Assembly (NCBI GenBank): GCA_963815195.1
Contig: CAWFGE010000010.1
Location: 192,001 to 256,000 of the forward strand
DNA length: 64,000 bases
Direction: 5' to 3'
Source of the DNA: an uncultured Planctomycetaceae bacterium
Lineage (GTDB): Bacteria; Planctomycetota; Planctomycetia; Planctomycetales; Planctomycetaceae
Part shown: positions 1 to 8,610 of the stretch, in pieces
How the letters are laid out: each line of letters starts with the position of its first letter
How positions within the stretch are numbered: the stretch's first letter is position 1
Program-made: the position numbers and the translations under genes
Notes under the pieces: model-generated
Database searches by the model: none
Told to the model about the DNA's origin: nothing
Seen by the model: the letters and a program-made list of their open reading frames with translations, nothing else

Positions 1-4
1 ACTG

Positions 5-1147
5 ATGCACGCGGAAGGCTACGTCACCGGGGCGTTCGGCAAATGGGGGCTGGGCGGGCCGGATTCTTCGGGTCTGCCTCTCCGTCAGGGCGTCGATCGC
101 TTCTTCGGCTATCTCTGCCAGGCCAAGGCCCACACATATTATCCGCCGTCCCTGTGGGACGACAACGAACGGCTGATGCTCAAAAACAATCCCCCCGTGC
201 CGGGGCACGGGGGTCTCGCCCAGGGAACCGATCCGCTCGATCCCAAGAGCTATAACCAATACAAGGGACAGGATTACGCGCCGGAGCGGATCAATCAGCA
301 GGCCTTGGCCTTCATCCGGGACAACAAGCACCGCCCGTTCTTTTTGTACTATCCGACGATCATCCCGCACGTCGCGCTCCAGGTGCCCGATGAGGATCTC
401 AAGCCCTACCTGGAACTCGGCTGGAAGGATCCGCCGTTCACCCGCGACAAAGGCGGCTACACGCCGCACTTCACGCCCCGGGCCGCGTATGCGGCGATGA
501 TTTCGCGGATGGATCAAAACGTCGGCCGGGTGCTCAAACTGTTGGATGAACTCAAACTCGCCGACAATACGATCGTGATCTTCAGTTCGGACAACGGCAC
601 GACGCATCTGGACCAGGAAGTGGATTACACGTTCTTCAGCAGCGTGGGCGAATTGCGGGGGCTCAAGGGTTCGCTCTACGAAGGCGGCGTGCGGGTGCCC
701 ACGATCGTCCGCTGGCCGGGCCACGTTCCCGCCGGCACCACGAGCGATCGCGTGAGCGGGTTTGAAGACTGGATCCCCACGCTCTTGGAATTGGTCGGAG
801 CGAAAGATCGAGCGCCCAAAAACATCGACGGCATCAGCCTCGCTCCGACGCTCCTGGGCCGATCCCAACCGCCCCGCCCGTTTTTGTACCGCGAGTTTCC
901 CAGCTACGGCGGCCAGCAGTCCGTCCGCGTGGGCGATTGGAAAGCCATCCGCCAGAACATGACCCAAGGCAACCTGGACATCGAGCTTTACAATCTCACC
1001 GAGGACATCGGCGAACAGCACAACGTCGCCAGGCAGCACCCCGACATGGTGGAAAAACTCGCGAAGATCATGAAAGAACAGCACACGCGTTCGAAGCTGT
1101 TCCCGCTGATCCCCGTCGATGCCCCGGCGAAGAAACCCAAAAAGTGA
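5..1147 (+). CDS. Arylsulfatase (5' part lies outside the window)
   Basis: Sulfatase motifs GYVTGAFGKWGLG, FSSDNG and GLKGSLYEGGVRVP, plus C-terminal ELYNL..DIGE. The catalytic CxPxR is not in the window. Confidence 0.9.
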   Translation: MHAEGYVTGAFGKWGLGGPDSSGLPLRQGVDRFFGYLCQAKAHTYYPPSLWDDNERLMLKNNPPVPGHGGLAQGTDPLDPKSYNQYKGQDYAPERINQQALAFIRDNKHRPFFLYYPTIIPHVALQVPDEDLKPYLELGWKDPPFTRDKGGYTPHFTPRAAYAAMISRMDQNVGRVLKLLDELKLADNTIVIFSSDNGTTHLDQEVDYTFFSSVGELRGLKGSLYEGGVRVPTIVRWPGHVPAGTTSDRVSGFEDWIPTLLELVGAKDRAPKNIDGISLAPTLLGRSQPPRPFLYREFPSYGGQQSVRVGDWKAIRQNMTQGNLDIELYNLTEDIGEQHNVARQHPDMVEKLAKIMKEQHTRSKLFPLIPVDAPAKKPKK

Positions 1148-1432
1148 GACAAATCCAGTTTAATTGCCGCGGCGGTCCAATCGATCTTTCCCGGTCTCGC
1201 CCTGTGATTTTGGCTGGTTCCCGCCCGGACAACGCGGTAGAATCCGTGCCGATTCCAAAATCAGTAGTTCCAAAAAAGGCGAGAGCCGCGCACGAAGTAA
1301 GCGGTCTTGCGAGCTCTGAATTTCAAAAAAAACCGCTTACTTCGTGCGCGGCTCTAAAGAAACGAAATCCTTTTCCGAGTTTTTTGGAACTACAGATATT
1401 AGAAGTTCACACTCTCTTGGGGAACCCACACC

Positions 1433-2167
1433 ATGAACATTTCCGGATTGACCGCCGGGCAACTGTCGGCTTTGGCGAAGTATGACACTCCCACGGTTTG
1501 CAACGTCATCGAGTTGTGGAACATCCGCCCGCGAAACCTGGGCTACATGAACCACCACATCAAAGCCTGTTTTCCCCAAATGCCGCCGATGGTGGGCTAC
1601 GCCTGCACGACGACGTTCCGCAGCATGGCTCCACCGAAGGGCGGGGACGTGTATGCCGACATGGTCAAGCAGGTCGAAGCCTTCGCAGAACTGCCCGGCC
1701 CCGCGGTGGTGGTGTTTCAGGACTTGGACGACCCCGTCGCCGCCGCCACCTTCGGCGAGGTCATGTGCACCACCTATCAAAGCTTCGGAGCCAAGGGGCT
1801 GATCACTTCGGGCACAGGGCGGGATTTGGACCAGGTCGAAGCCATTGGGTTTCCGGTCTTTACCAATGGCACAACCTGTGCCCACGGCTACTGCCATATG
1901 CTCTCGGTCCAGGTGCCCGTGACGGTGGGCGGCATCGTGGTGTATCCCGCCGATCTGCTGCACGGCGATGTGAACGGCGTGACCACCATCCCCCACGAAA
2001 TCGCCTCCGAAGTCCCAGGCGCCTGCCAAGAATTGATGGAAGCCGAAAACATCGTGCTGAACTACCTCAAAAACAACACCCCCACGCCCCAAGGCTTCGC
2101 CGAGGCCCGAAAAGCCTGCGGTGCCGAAATCCAAGCCCTCGGCAAACGCCTGCGCGGGGAAAAGTAA
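1433..2167 (+). CDS. RraA/HMG aldolase-like family protein
   Basis: [22 protein letters not shown] and LLHGDVNGV motifs typical of the RraA-like family. Confidence 0.8.
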   Translation: MNISGLTAGQLSALAKYDTPTVCNVIELWNIRPRNLGYMNHHIKACFPQMPPMVGYACTTTFRSMAPPKGGDVYADMVKQVEAFAELPGPAVVVFQDLDDPVAAATFGEVMCTTYQSFGAKGLITSGTGRDLDQVEAIGFPVFTNGTTCAHGYCHMLSVQVPVTVGGIVVYPADLLHGDVNGVTTIPHEIASEVPGACQELMEAENIVLNYLKNNTPTPQGFAEARKACGAEIQALGKRLRGEK

Positions 2168-2284
2168 ATCCGCGGTCGGGAAGGGAATTTCTCGATTCCT
2201 ACCTGAGCCTCGGCGATTGGGACGAGTTGTTTGAGTTTTTCGGGTTCCGTGCCGCGATTGGCGGAAACGGACGCCAGCATCCCG

Positions 2285-2540
2285 CGTGTCGCCCGTCAAC
2301 ATTTCATAGAGCAGCACCTCCAGCGAATTGATGTCGCTCCGCGTGTCGATGTCTGATCTGGTTGAGCTTGGCTTGTTCGGGACTCATCTTGTCCAAGGTC
2401 CCGACGAGTTGGCCCTATTCCATGAACATGCTCTTCTCGGTCAGCTTCTGGCTGCTGGCCTTGGCCTTGGCCGCGCCGAAGTCGATCGCCTTGGACGCGG
2501 GCCGGTCGTCGTTAGTCCGCCACCAGCACGTTTGAAAAAC
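2285..2540 (-). pseudogene. Degraded Ser/Thr protein kinase fragment (subdomains VIb-IX)
   Basis: Reverse strand reads, with frameshifts and a stop: SNVLVA..DDRPASKAIDFGAAKAKASSQKLTEKSMFME*GQLVGTLDKMSPEQAKLNQ..DIDTRSDINSLEVLLYEMLTGD. This retains DFG, MSPEQ and SD.xSL.VLLYE.LTG kinase motifs. Confidence 0.8.
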
Positions 2541-2853
2541 ATCGGAACGCAAACTCAATGTCTGTTTGTCCCTATGTGCTCAACCAGCCGATTCTGCAAA
2601 TGCCATAAGCCCAGCCCGTAATTGAATTTGCAAAATTCTCCAAAAGGCGTGTCTTTTCGCGACGAAAAAGACATCTCTATGGTGAGCCAGTTGCAATACG
2701 CGACCCAATGGACTGGCCAAGCAAATCGGATCGTCGATTCAAAACCCGAGGCGGCGGGTCGCAGCTTGGCGACTCGGATAATCGGCGGGATGGACGGTTG
2801 AGACGGTCTCAGCCACCTTCAAGATGATTCCCTGGATAACTGGGAGAAGCCCA

Positions 2854-2982
2854 ATGGTCAAAACCAAGGAAACCAAGAAAACCAAGAAAGTCGTCCGAGA
2901 ATTGAAAGCCCTTCGAACCAATGGGCGAAAAACCGCGGAACGAATCGGCTGCCGGTGCTGCCGGTGCTGCCGGTGCTTTTAG
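2854..2982 (+). CDS. 42-aa putative RiPP precursor peptide with C-terminal (CRC)3F core
   Basis: ATG at 2854 follows GGGAGA (2842-2847). Translation is MVKTKETKKTKKVVRELKALRTNGRKTAERIGCRCCRCCRCF, with TAG at 2980-2982. It lies directly upstream of a DUF692 gene and is below the ORF-track size cutoff. Confidence 0.85.
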   Translation: MVKTKETKKTKKVVRELKALRTNGRKTAERIGCRCCRCCRCF

Positions 2983-2986
2983 GCAA

Positions 2987-3048
2987 ACGGCACCACAACG
3001 GTGCCGTCGGGAGAAGCCTTCGGACTCGGGGGGAAGGCTTCTTCTTTT
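2987..3048 (+). terminator. Two hairpins after the precursor; the second resembles an intrinsic terminator
   Basis: ACGGCACC-acaac-GGTGCCGT (2987-3007) and AGAAGCCTTC-11nt-GAAGGCTTCT (3012-3042) followed by TCTTTT. Confidence 0.65.
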
Positions 3049-3115
3049 CAAATCTGTCCTTGTTGTCGGCCCCGCGGCAATGGACAAATCTTCCAGTTCC
3101 AAGGAGCCGCCTGTC

Positions 3116-3976
3116 ATGCTGCCAGCCATTGGATATGCCATTCGCGAGCAAAACCGGCCCATTCTGAGTGACGCCGCCATCAACGCGGCGGAGATCACCT
3201 TTGAGCGGGCCGATGATCCCTTGCGGATCGACCGCTACATCCGGGAGATGGAGTTCGATCATGTCAGCGTGCATGCCCTGAAACTTTCCGTCGCCAGCCC
3301 CGAACCGCCGGGCGAGCGTTACCTCAAGGCGCTGAAATCGATCGCCGTGGAAAATGGAGCGCAGAGCATCAGCGATCATCTGGGCTTCACTCGCGATGGA
3401 CACAAAGGCGTCGAGATGGGCCACTTCGCCCCGCCGCCTTACACCGAACCCGCCGTGGAAGCCACCGTGCGGAATATAGGAATCATCCAAGACTACTTCG
3501 GCGACATTCGCTTCTATGTCGAGAACATCGCGTATTTGTTTTCCTTCCAAGGCACGATGAGCGAAGCCGAATTTCTTCACCGGGTGCTCAAGCAAAGCGG
3601 CTGCGGCTGGGTACTGGATGTGACCAACGTTTACGCCAACTCTGTGAACTTCGGCTACGATGCCTACGAATTCATCGCCTCGGTCATGCCCGCCGCCGAA
3701 CGCGTGCAAATGCACCTCGCGGGCGGTTTCTACGATGCCAAAGCCAAAATGTATATCGACAGTCATTCGCATCCGATTCCCGAACCCGTTTGGGACTTAT
3801 ATCGCCACTCGTTGGAATTGGGCCGAGGCAAGTTGGATGCGGTGTTCATCGAACGCGATCAAAACTTTCCCGATGAAGCCGGCTGGCGTGAAGAGGTCCG
3901 CACCACCCGCCGCATCGCCGAAGAAGTCTGCCTCGCCGACGCCATGTCATCCCGCGTTCGTCTTTGCAAGGAATAA
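3116..3976 (+). CDS. DUF692/UPF0276 family multinuclear non-heme iron oxidative enzyme (MNIO)
   Basis: RBS AAGGAG at 3101 and ATG at 3116. Motifs VSVHALKLS, SDHLGF, VENIAY, LDVTNVYAN, HLAGG, IDSHSHPIPEPVWDL and IERD match the DUF692 metal-ligand pattern. Confidence 0.9.
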   Translation: MLPAIGYAIREQNRPILSDAAINAAEITFERADDPLRIDRYIREMEFDHVSVHALKLSVASPEPPGERYLKALKSIAVENGAQSISDHLGFTRDGHKGVEMGHFAPPPYTEPAVEATVRNIGIIQDYFGDIRFYVENIAYLFSFQGTMSEAEFLHRVLKQSGCGWVLDVTNVYANSVNFGYDAYEFIASVMPAAERVQMHLAGGFYDAKAKMYIDSHSHPIPEPVWDLYRHSLELGRGKLDAVFIERDQNFPDEAGWREEVRTTRRIAEEVCLADAMSSRVRLCKE

Positions 3977-3988
3977 GGGAAACACCCC

Positions 3989-4744
3989 ATGACCCAGCCC
4001 ACGTCCCCTGAGGAATACGCCGATCAAATTCGCCTTTGCGCCGAAGCGTTGTCGTTAGCGAAGAACGACCAGGTCGCCGGCGACCTGGCCGGTGGGCACA
4101 CGCTGGAGAGGCTCAAGATGTTTACCGACGGCAATCTTGAGAAACGCTACGATAAACTGATCGATCAGTTCGAGTTCATGATGGACGAGTTCGATGGCCT
4201 GGAAGACATTGTTATCGAATATGTGACCAGCATTCCGCTCTCCGCCTACGACACCGCCTGCACCGACGGGGAGCGATTCCTGAAACATTTGGAAGCGACG
4301 AGAGAACTCACCCCGCAGCAGCAAGATTTCGTCACCTGCCAGCGCAGCCGCTATGCATTGGAACTTCTGGCGATCGAGCACCGCCTGGAACATGTTCGCT
4401 TTCAGGAACTGGCGGGGATGGTCGAGACGCTTGCTCCGGAATGGGGCAGCAACCCCAAGTTGTGGGTGCATCTGAACCCGCTCCGCGTTTGGGCGACATT
4501 TCAAACCACGGCCCTGTTGGATGAAGAGGACGAGACGCCCGCCGCGGTCGTGTTTTATCCCGTCCGCGAAGACATCCGCACGGCCCTTTTGGAAGAAGAC
4601 GGCGTCGCCATCACCGGTTTTTTAGAAAACCGCCGCCGGGCAAGATGGGATGATCCCGCTTGGGAAGAAATCGGTTTGAGCCGCGCGGTCCGTGTGGAAA
4701 TCTGCCGCGATCTCGCGGAAATCGGATTGGCTGCCTTTGGTTAG
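3989..4744 (+). CDS. Hypothetical protein, probable MNIO partner subunit
   Basis: Acidic 251-aa protein 12 nt downstream of the DUF692 gene. The C-terminal HLNP...EICRDLAEIGLAAF pattern resembles winged-helix/RRE-type partner domains (inference). Confidence 0.6.
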   Translation: MTQPTSPEEYADQIRLCAEALSLAKNDQVAGDLAGGHTLERLKMFTDGNLEKRYDKLIDQFEFMMDEFDGLEDIVIEYVTSIPLSAYDTACTDGERFLKHLEATRELTPQQQDFVTCQRSRYALELLAIEHRLEHVRFQELAGMVETLAPEWGSNPKLWVHLNPLRVWATFQTTALLDEEDETPAAVVFYPVREDIRTALLEEDGVAITGFLENRRRARWDDPAWEEIGLSRAVRVEICRDLAEIGLAAFG

Positions 4745-4779
4745 ACGAACCGAGCCTTCGCCCTGAGCGGGAGACGAAA

Positions 4780-5726
4780 ATGGAGCCAGCGACCTTGATC
4801 ACCGCAACCGCGGCCTCGCCCGAACAGGGACCAGCCGAAACACCGGCGAGGTTGACGCTGCGCGGGATATTTCGGCCCAACAAGTGGCGAATCCTCGCAA
4901 CCTATGGTCTGTTTAGCTTGGAGAATCTGCTGCGTCTCGCGCAGCCGCTGGTCGTCGGCTGGGCGATCAATGATTTGCTGGCCTCGTCGTATCGCGGCTT
5001 AATATGGTTTCTCGCTCAACATTTGGCGCATCTGGCGATCGGCACAGTTCGCCAGATGTACGACACCCGCGCGTTTACGGCGATCTATACCGATCTGGCC
5101 GCGGAGTTGGTGGCCGATCAACGGGCGCAGGGCATCGCCGTTTCGCGAGTGGCCGCGCGGTCGGCGATGTCGCGGAATTATGTCGAGTTCTTCGAGCAAT
5201 ATGTCCCGATGGTGATTCGCGCGCTGTATTCCGTGGTGGTGCGCTCGTCATGCTGGCGATATTCGATGCCGGGCTGGTTGTGTTTTGCCTCGGTTTGATC
5301 GTGCCCGCGTTTTGGCTCAATAGGTATTACAGCCGAAATACGTTCGCCCTGAACCGCCGATTGCACGACGAACTCGAACGCGAGGTGCATGTGATCGAGC
5401 AAGGCGATGCGAACGGCGTTCGCGAGCATTACGCCGCCGCCGCCCGTTGGCGGGTGCGGTTGTCCGATGCGGAAGCGATCAACTTCAGCCTGATGGAGTT
5501 TTTCATCTTGGGCGTGCTGCTATTTTCGCTGGTGCGGTTTTTGCGCGGCGCGACCCCGCGGCCGGCGGGCGATATTTTTGCCGTGTTCCGCTACGTGTTG
5601 ATGTTCATCATGGGAATGGATACCGTGCCCAGACTCGTGCAGCAAATCAGCCGGCTGAGAGACATTGGCTTTCGCCTGACCCACCCGCGAAGAGGAAGCT
5701 TATACCAGGGGACGGCAGGTAACTAA
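4780..5726 (+). CDS. ABC transporter six-transmembrane domain protein, no ATPase domain (frameshift near 5235)
   Basis: Two overlapping frames (TYGLFSLENLL..QPLVVGWAINDLL..RQMYDTRAFTAIY, then LHDELEREV..LSDAEAINF..IFAVFRYV) join into one ABC membrane domain. Confidence 0.75.
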
Positions 5727-5799
5727 CCCCGCGGTCGCAATTGAGTCAGCCCGAAGTGCTGCCGCCGTCGTGGAATGATGGGGAGCAGAATCCCGCGGA

Positions 5800-7140
5800 T
5801 CATGTCAATTCGGGAATCGGGCGACCCCCTTCCGTGACGATGGGGATCGGGCGGCCCCGTGGGTTGGTCCAGTGCGCATTGGGATTGATCCCCAAAAACT
5901 GAAAGACCGTGGCCGCAAGGTCCTGCGGGCGAATGGGGTTGGATGCGATGGCCCCGCCTCGGGGATCCGTCGCGCCAATGACTTGCCCGTGTTTCAGCCC
6001 ACCGCCCGTCATCACCATCGACATGACGTTCGTCCAATGATCGCGGCCGGCTTCCTTGTTGATCACCGGGGAGCGGCCGAACTCGCCCATCGTCAGCACC
6101 AGCGTGTTCTCCAGCAGTCCGCGTTGGTCCAGATCATTCACCAAAGTGAACAGCGTACGATCCACGCGGGGCAGAAGCGGTGTCAATCCTTTGACGATGC
6201 CTCCCCAACGGACGTTGTCCCCGTGATGATCGAAGTAGCCCCAGGCCCCACTCACGAGTACAAAGGTCACGCCGGCTTCCACGAGCCGTCGGGCCAACAG
6301 GGCTTTTTGACCAATGCTTTCTTTTCCGTAGGCCGCCTGCGTTTCGGCGGATTCTTCTTGAACGTTGAAGGCTTTCTGAACTTTCCCTGACAGGACCATT
6401 TCAAAGGCTTCTTGGGTGTAGCGATCGAACCGATCCAGATCCCGGTGTTCCAAATCCTGAGCAAAGCGATTGAATTGCCGACGCAGTTCATCGCGGTCGT
6501 TCAGACGAGGAACATCGATTCCCGGCGGCATGGCGAACTTGCCGGCCAGTTGGTGGCCTTTGACTGGGGCATAATCTTGCCCCATCTGCCCCGATTCCCA
6601 CACATCCGCAGCCCAGGAATCGGCCAACCCCACGAAGGCGGGTAGGCCGGGTTCGTTGGGGCCGCGAAATTTGGCCGCCACCGATCCCATGGAAGGATAA
6701 CCGCCGCCATCCTTGCCATCATTCGTCCGCCGGGCCAATGGATTCCCGGCCTGCATGGTGATCGGGGTATGATTGCTGGCCGAACAATCCACCGATCGAA
6801 GGATGGACAACTTGTCGGCTATGGAGGCTTGAAGGGGCAGATGCTCGCTGAATTGCACTCCCGGGATCTTCGTGGCAATGGGCGCATAAGGCCCCCGAAT
6901 TTCCCGTGGGGCCTCCGGTTTGGGATCCCACATATCAATATGGCTGGGGCCGCCCGACAACCAGAACAAAATCACGGCTTTCTTCTCGGCCGTCGGACTC
7001 GGGCCGCCGATGAGGTTGCTGGGAAAACCCGCCAGCGAGAGGCCGCCCAGACCCGCCGCTCCGGTTTGCAGAAACCATCGTCTCGATCCCACTCGAATCT
7101 TGGGCCCGACAGAAGAGCTGGGAAAGGAACGCAAAGACAT
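5800..7140 (-). CDS. DUF1501 domain protein with Tat-like signal
   Basis: SRRWFLQTG, WLSGGPSHIDMWDPKP, LLARRLVEAGV, GEFGRSP and GRDHW motifs. Confidence 0.9.
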   Translation of the reverse strand: MSLRSFPSSSVGPKIRVGSRRWFLQTGAAGLGGLSLAGFPSNLIGGPSPTAEKKAVILFWLSGGPSHIDMWDPKPEAPREIRGPYAPIATKIPGVQFSEHLPLQASIADKLSILRSVDCSASNHTPITMQAGNPLARRTNDGKDGGGYPSMGSVAAKFRGPNEPGLPAFVGLADSWAADVWESGQMGQDYAPVKGHQLAGKFAMPPGIDVPRLNDRDELRRQFNRFAQDLEHRDLDRFDRYTQEAFEMVLSGKVQKAFNVQEESAETQAAYGKESIGQKALLARRLVEAGVTFVLVSGAWGYFDHHGDNVRWGGIVKGLTPLLPRVDRTLFTLVNDLDQRGLLENTLVLTMGEFGRSPVINKEAGRDHWTNVMSMVMTGGGLKHGQVIGATDPRGGAIASNPIRPQDLAATVFQFLGINPNAHWTNPRGRPIPIVTEGGRPIPELT

Positions 7141-7328
7141 GGGAAACTCCCTTGCGATGGGTCGGTATTGTCGGCGAGTCACGGCCCCAATATATCAATA
7201 CCAACCGATGGGTGCAATCACAGGCCACACGCCAACACGCCAATTGTCCTGCGTACAGGTCGTGGCCGCGGAGTCGATGCGGCGTATCCTGGTTGACCGG
7301 GCTTTATTGTTATGCCGCGTTGGGGCGA

Positions 7329-8321
7329 CTATTTCAAATCCCACGCGGTGACCCACTCCACCTTTGCCGGTTTGAGGCCGTATTCGCTAAGCAGGCGTTT
7401 TTCCATGTCGGGCATGTGGGCGGCTCCGTAGAAGATCGCCATCTTGCGTTTGCCGTTGGCGAGTTCGGTCTGGAACGTTTTGAGCGCGGCCTGGTTGCGG
7501 TCGGCGATCAACAACCGGTTGAGCGTTTCCCCCATCGCGCCCGCGGCTTGCGTGGCGGAGAGTTGCGTCGCCAGAAACCGCTTCATCTTCACGGCTCCGC
7601 TGCTGGGGAAAATCAAATCGGTGATCGTGAGCTCGGGCAGTTTCACATCGTTATTCGCCTGGAGCTTTTCCATGCGGTTCGCCTGTTGGAGCATGTCCCG
7701 CAGGACGCCCAGCGTGAGCGTCATCCCGTCTTCGCCGCGCTTCTTCATCGCTTCGCCCATTTCCTTGGGGGACAGGTCGGCGTGCACGAAATTCTTCTTC
7801 GTGTAGTCGATGTGCTCCAACTGCGATTCGAGCTTGAGCACGTTTTTCATCATTTCCACCGGCAGCATGTCGCCACCGGGCCGGCCGCCTTTGGGAATTC
7901 TCGTGCCCTTCTTGGCGACGAGCTCAAACAGCATGGCGTCGTATTGCTCGAAGCGTTTGTTGAGCTTTTGATAATACGCGCGGTCGCCCACGTGGACGGC
8001 TCCGATCAAATCCAGCGTCAGCCCGCCTTCGCCCGATTGGGGGACGTATCGCACGATGGCGGTTTCGAGCGCGATGGGCGTGCCGTCTTTGTCTTTCCGC
8101 AGCCGAATGAACTCGGTGGACTTCGGCTTTTTGAACGCCTGGCCGTCGGCGGCTTGCTGCGGGGTTGTCGCCACTTCTTGATCTTTGGTGATTTTGTGCG
8201 GAGGCGGCGGAGGCACGGGATCTTGAGCCCCGCTCTTCACCGAAGGGGCCGCCAACACCGGGGCCGCCGAAATCAAACACAACCACGCCGGGATCCAGAA
8301 TTTCACAAGCGAACGGTGCAT
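7329..8321 (-). CDS. Exported hypothetical protein (TraB/GumN-like)
   Basis: Signal peptide, plus LIGAVHVGD..YY, LLIADRN and IFYGAAHMPD motifs. Confidence 0.6.
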   Translation of the reverse strand: MHRSLVKFWIPAWLCLISAAPVLAAPSVKSGAQDPVPPPPPHKITKDQEVATTPQQAADGQAFKKPKSTEFIRLRKDKDGTPIALETAIVRYVPQSGEGGLTLDLIGAVHVGDRAYYQKLNKRFEQYDAMLFELVAKKGTRIPKGGRPGGDMLPVEMMKNVLKLESQLEHIDYTKKNFVHADLSPKEMGEAMKKRGEDGMTLTLGVLRDMLQQANRMEKLQANNDVKLPELTITDLIFPSSGAVKMKRFLATQLSATQAAGAMGETLNRLLIADRNQAALKTFQTELANGKRKMAIFYGAAHMPDMEKRLLSEYGLKPAKVEWVTAWDLK

Positions 8322-8358
8322 ATCAAAGGGTCTCCAAAATACGGCAGCGAACCGGGTG

Positions 8359-8434
8359 AACCGGGGCTAGCGCCCTGCGGCTAATGCATGCAATAACCGG
8401 TCGCATCATCAGCCGGAACGCGCTGGCGTCCGGT
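8359..8434. repeat. REP-like element pair (CCGGGGCTAGCGCCCTGCGGCTAAT family)
   Basis: Related units at 50031-50057 and 56255-56316. Confidence 0.7.
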
Positions 8435-8610
8435 CGGTTTGTGAATGTTAGGCGAGCCTAAGCTTCCTCCTTAATGTTCGGGCGGCCGATTGCGAACGTC
8501 AAGGGCGAATTGGCGTTTTGCCTTGATTGCCAAAGCCGAAACGCGTTTGATACAACGAATGTTTCGACAAAAGATCGATCAGAAACACATCAACGATCGA
8601 GCGGAGAATC

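Noticed and set aside
2921..3115. N-terminal extension of the DUF692 ORF (351-aa call)
   Set aside because: It overlaps the precursor ORF and the hairpins. A strong RBS and ATG at 3116 gives a typical 286-aa DUF692 protein.
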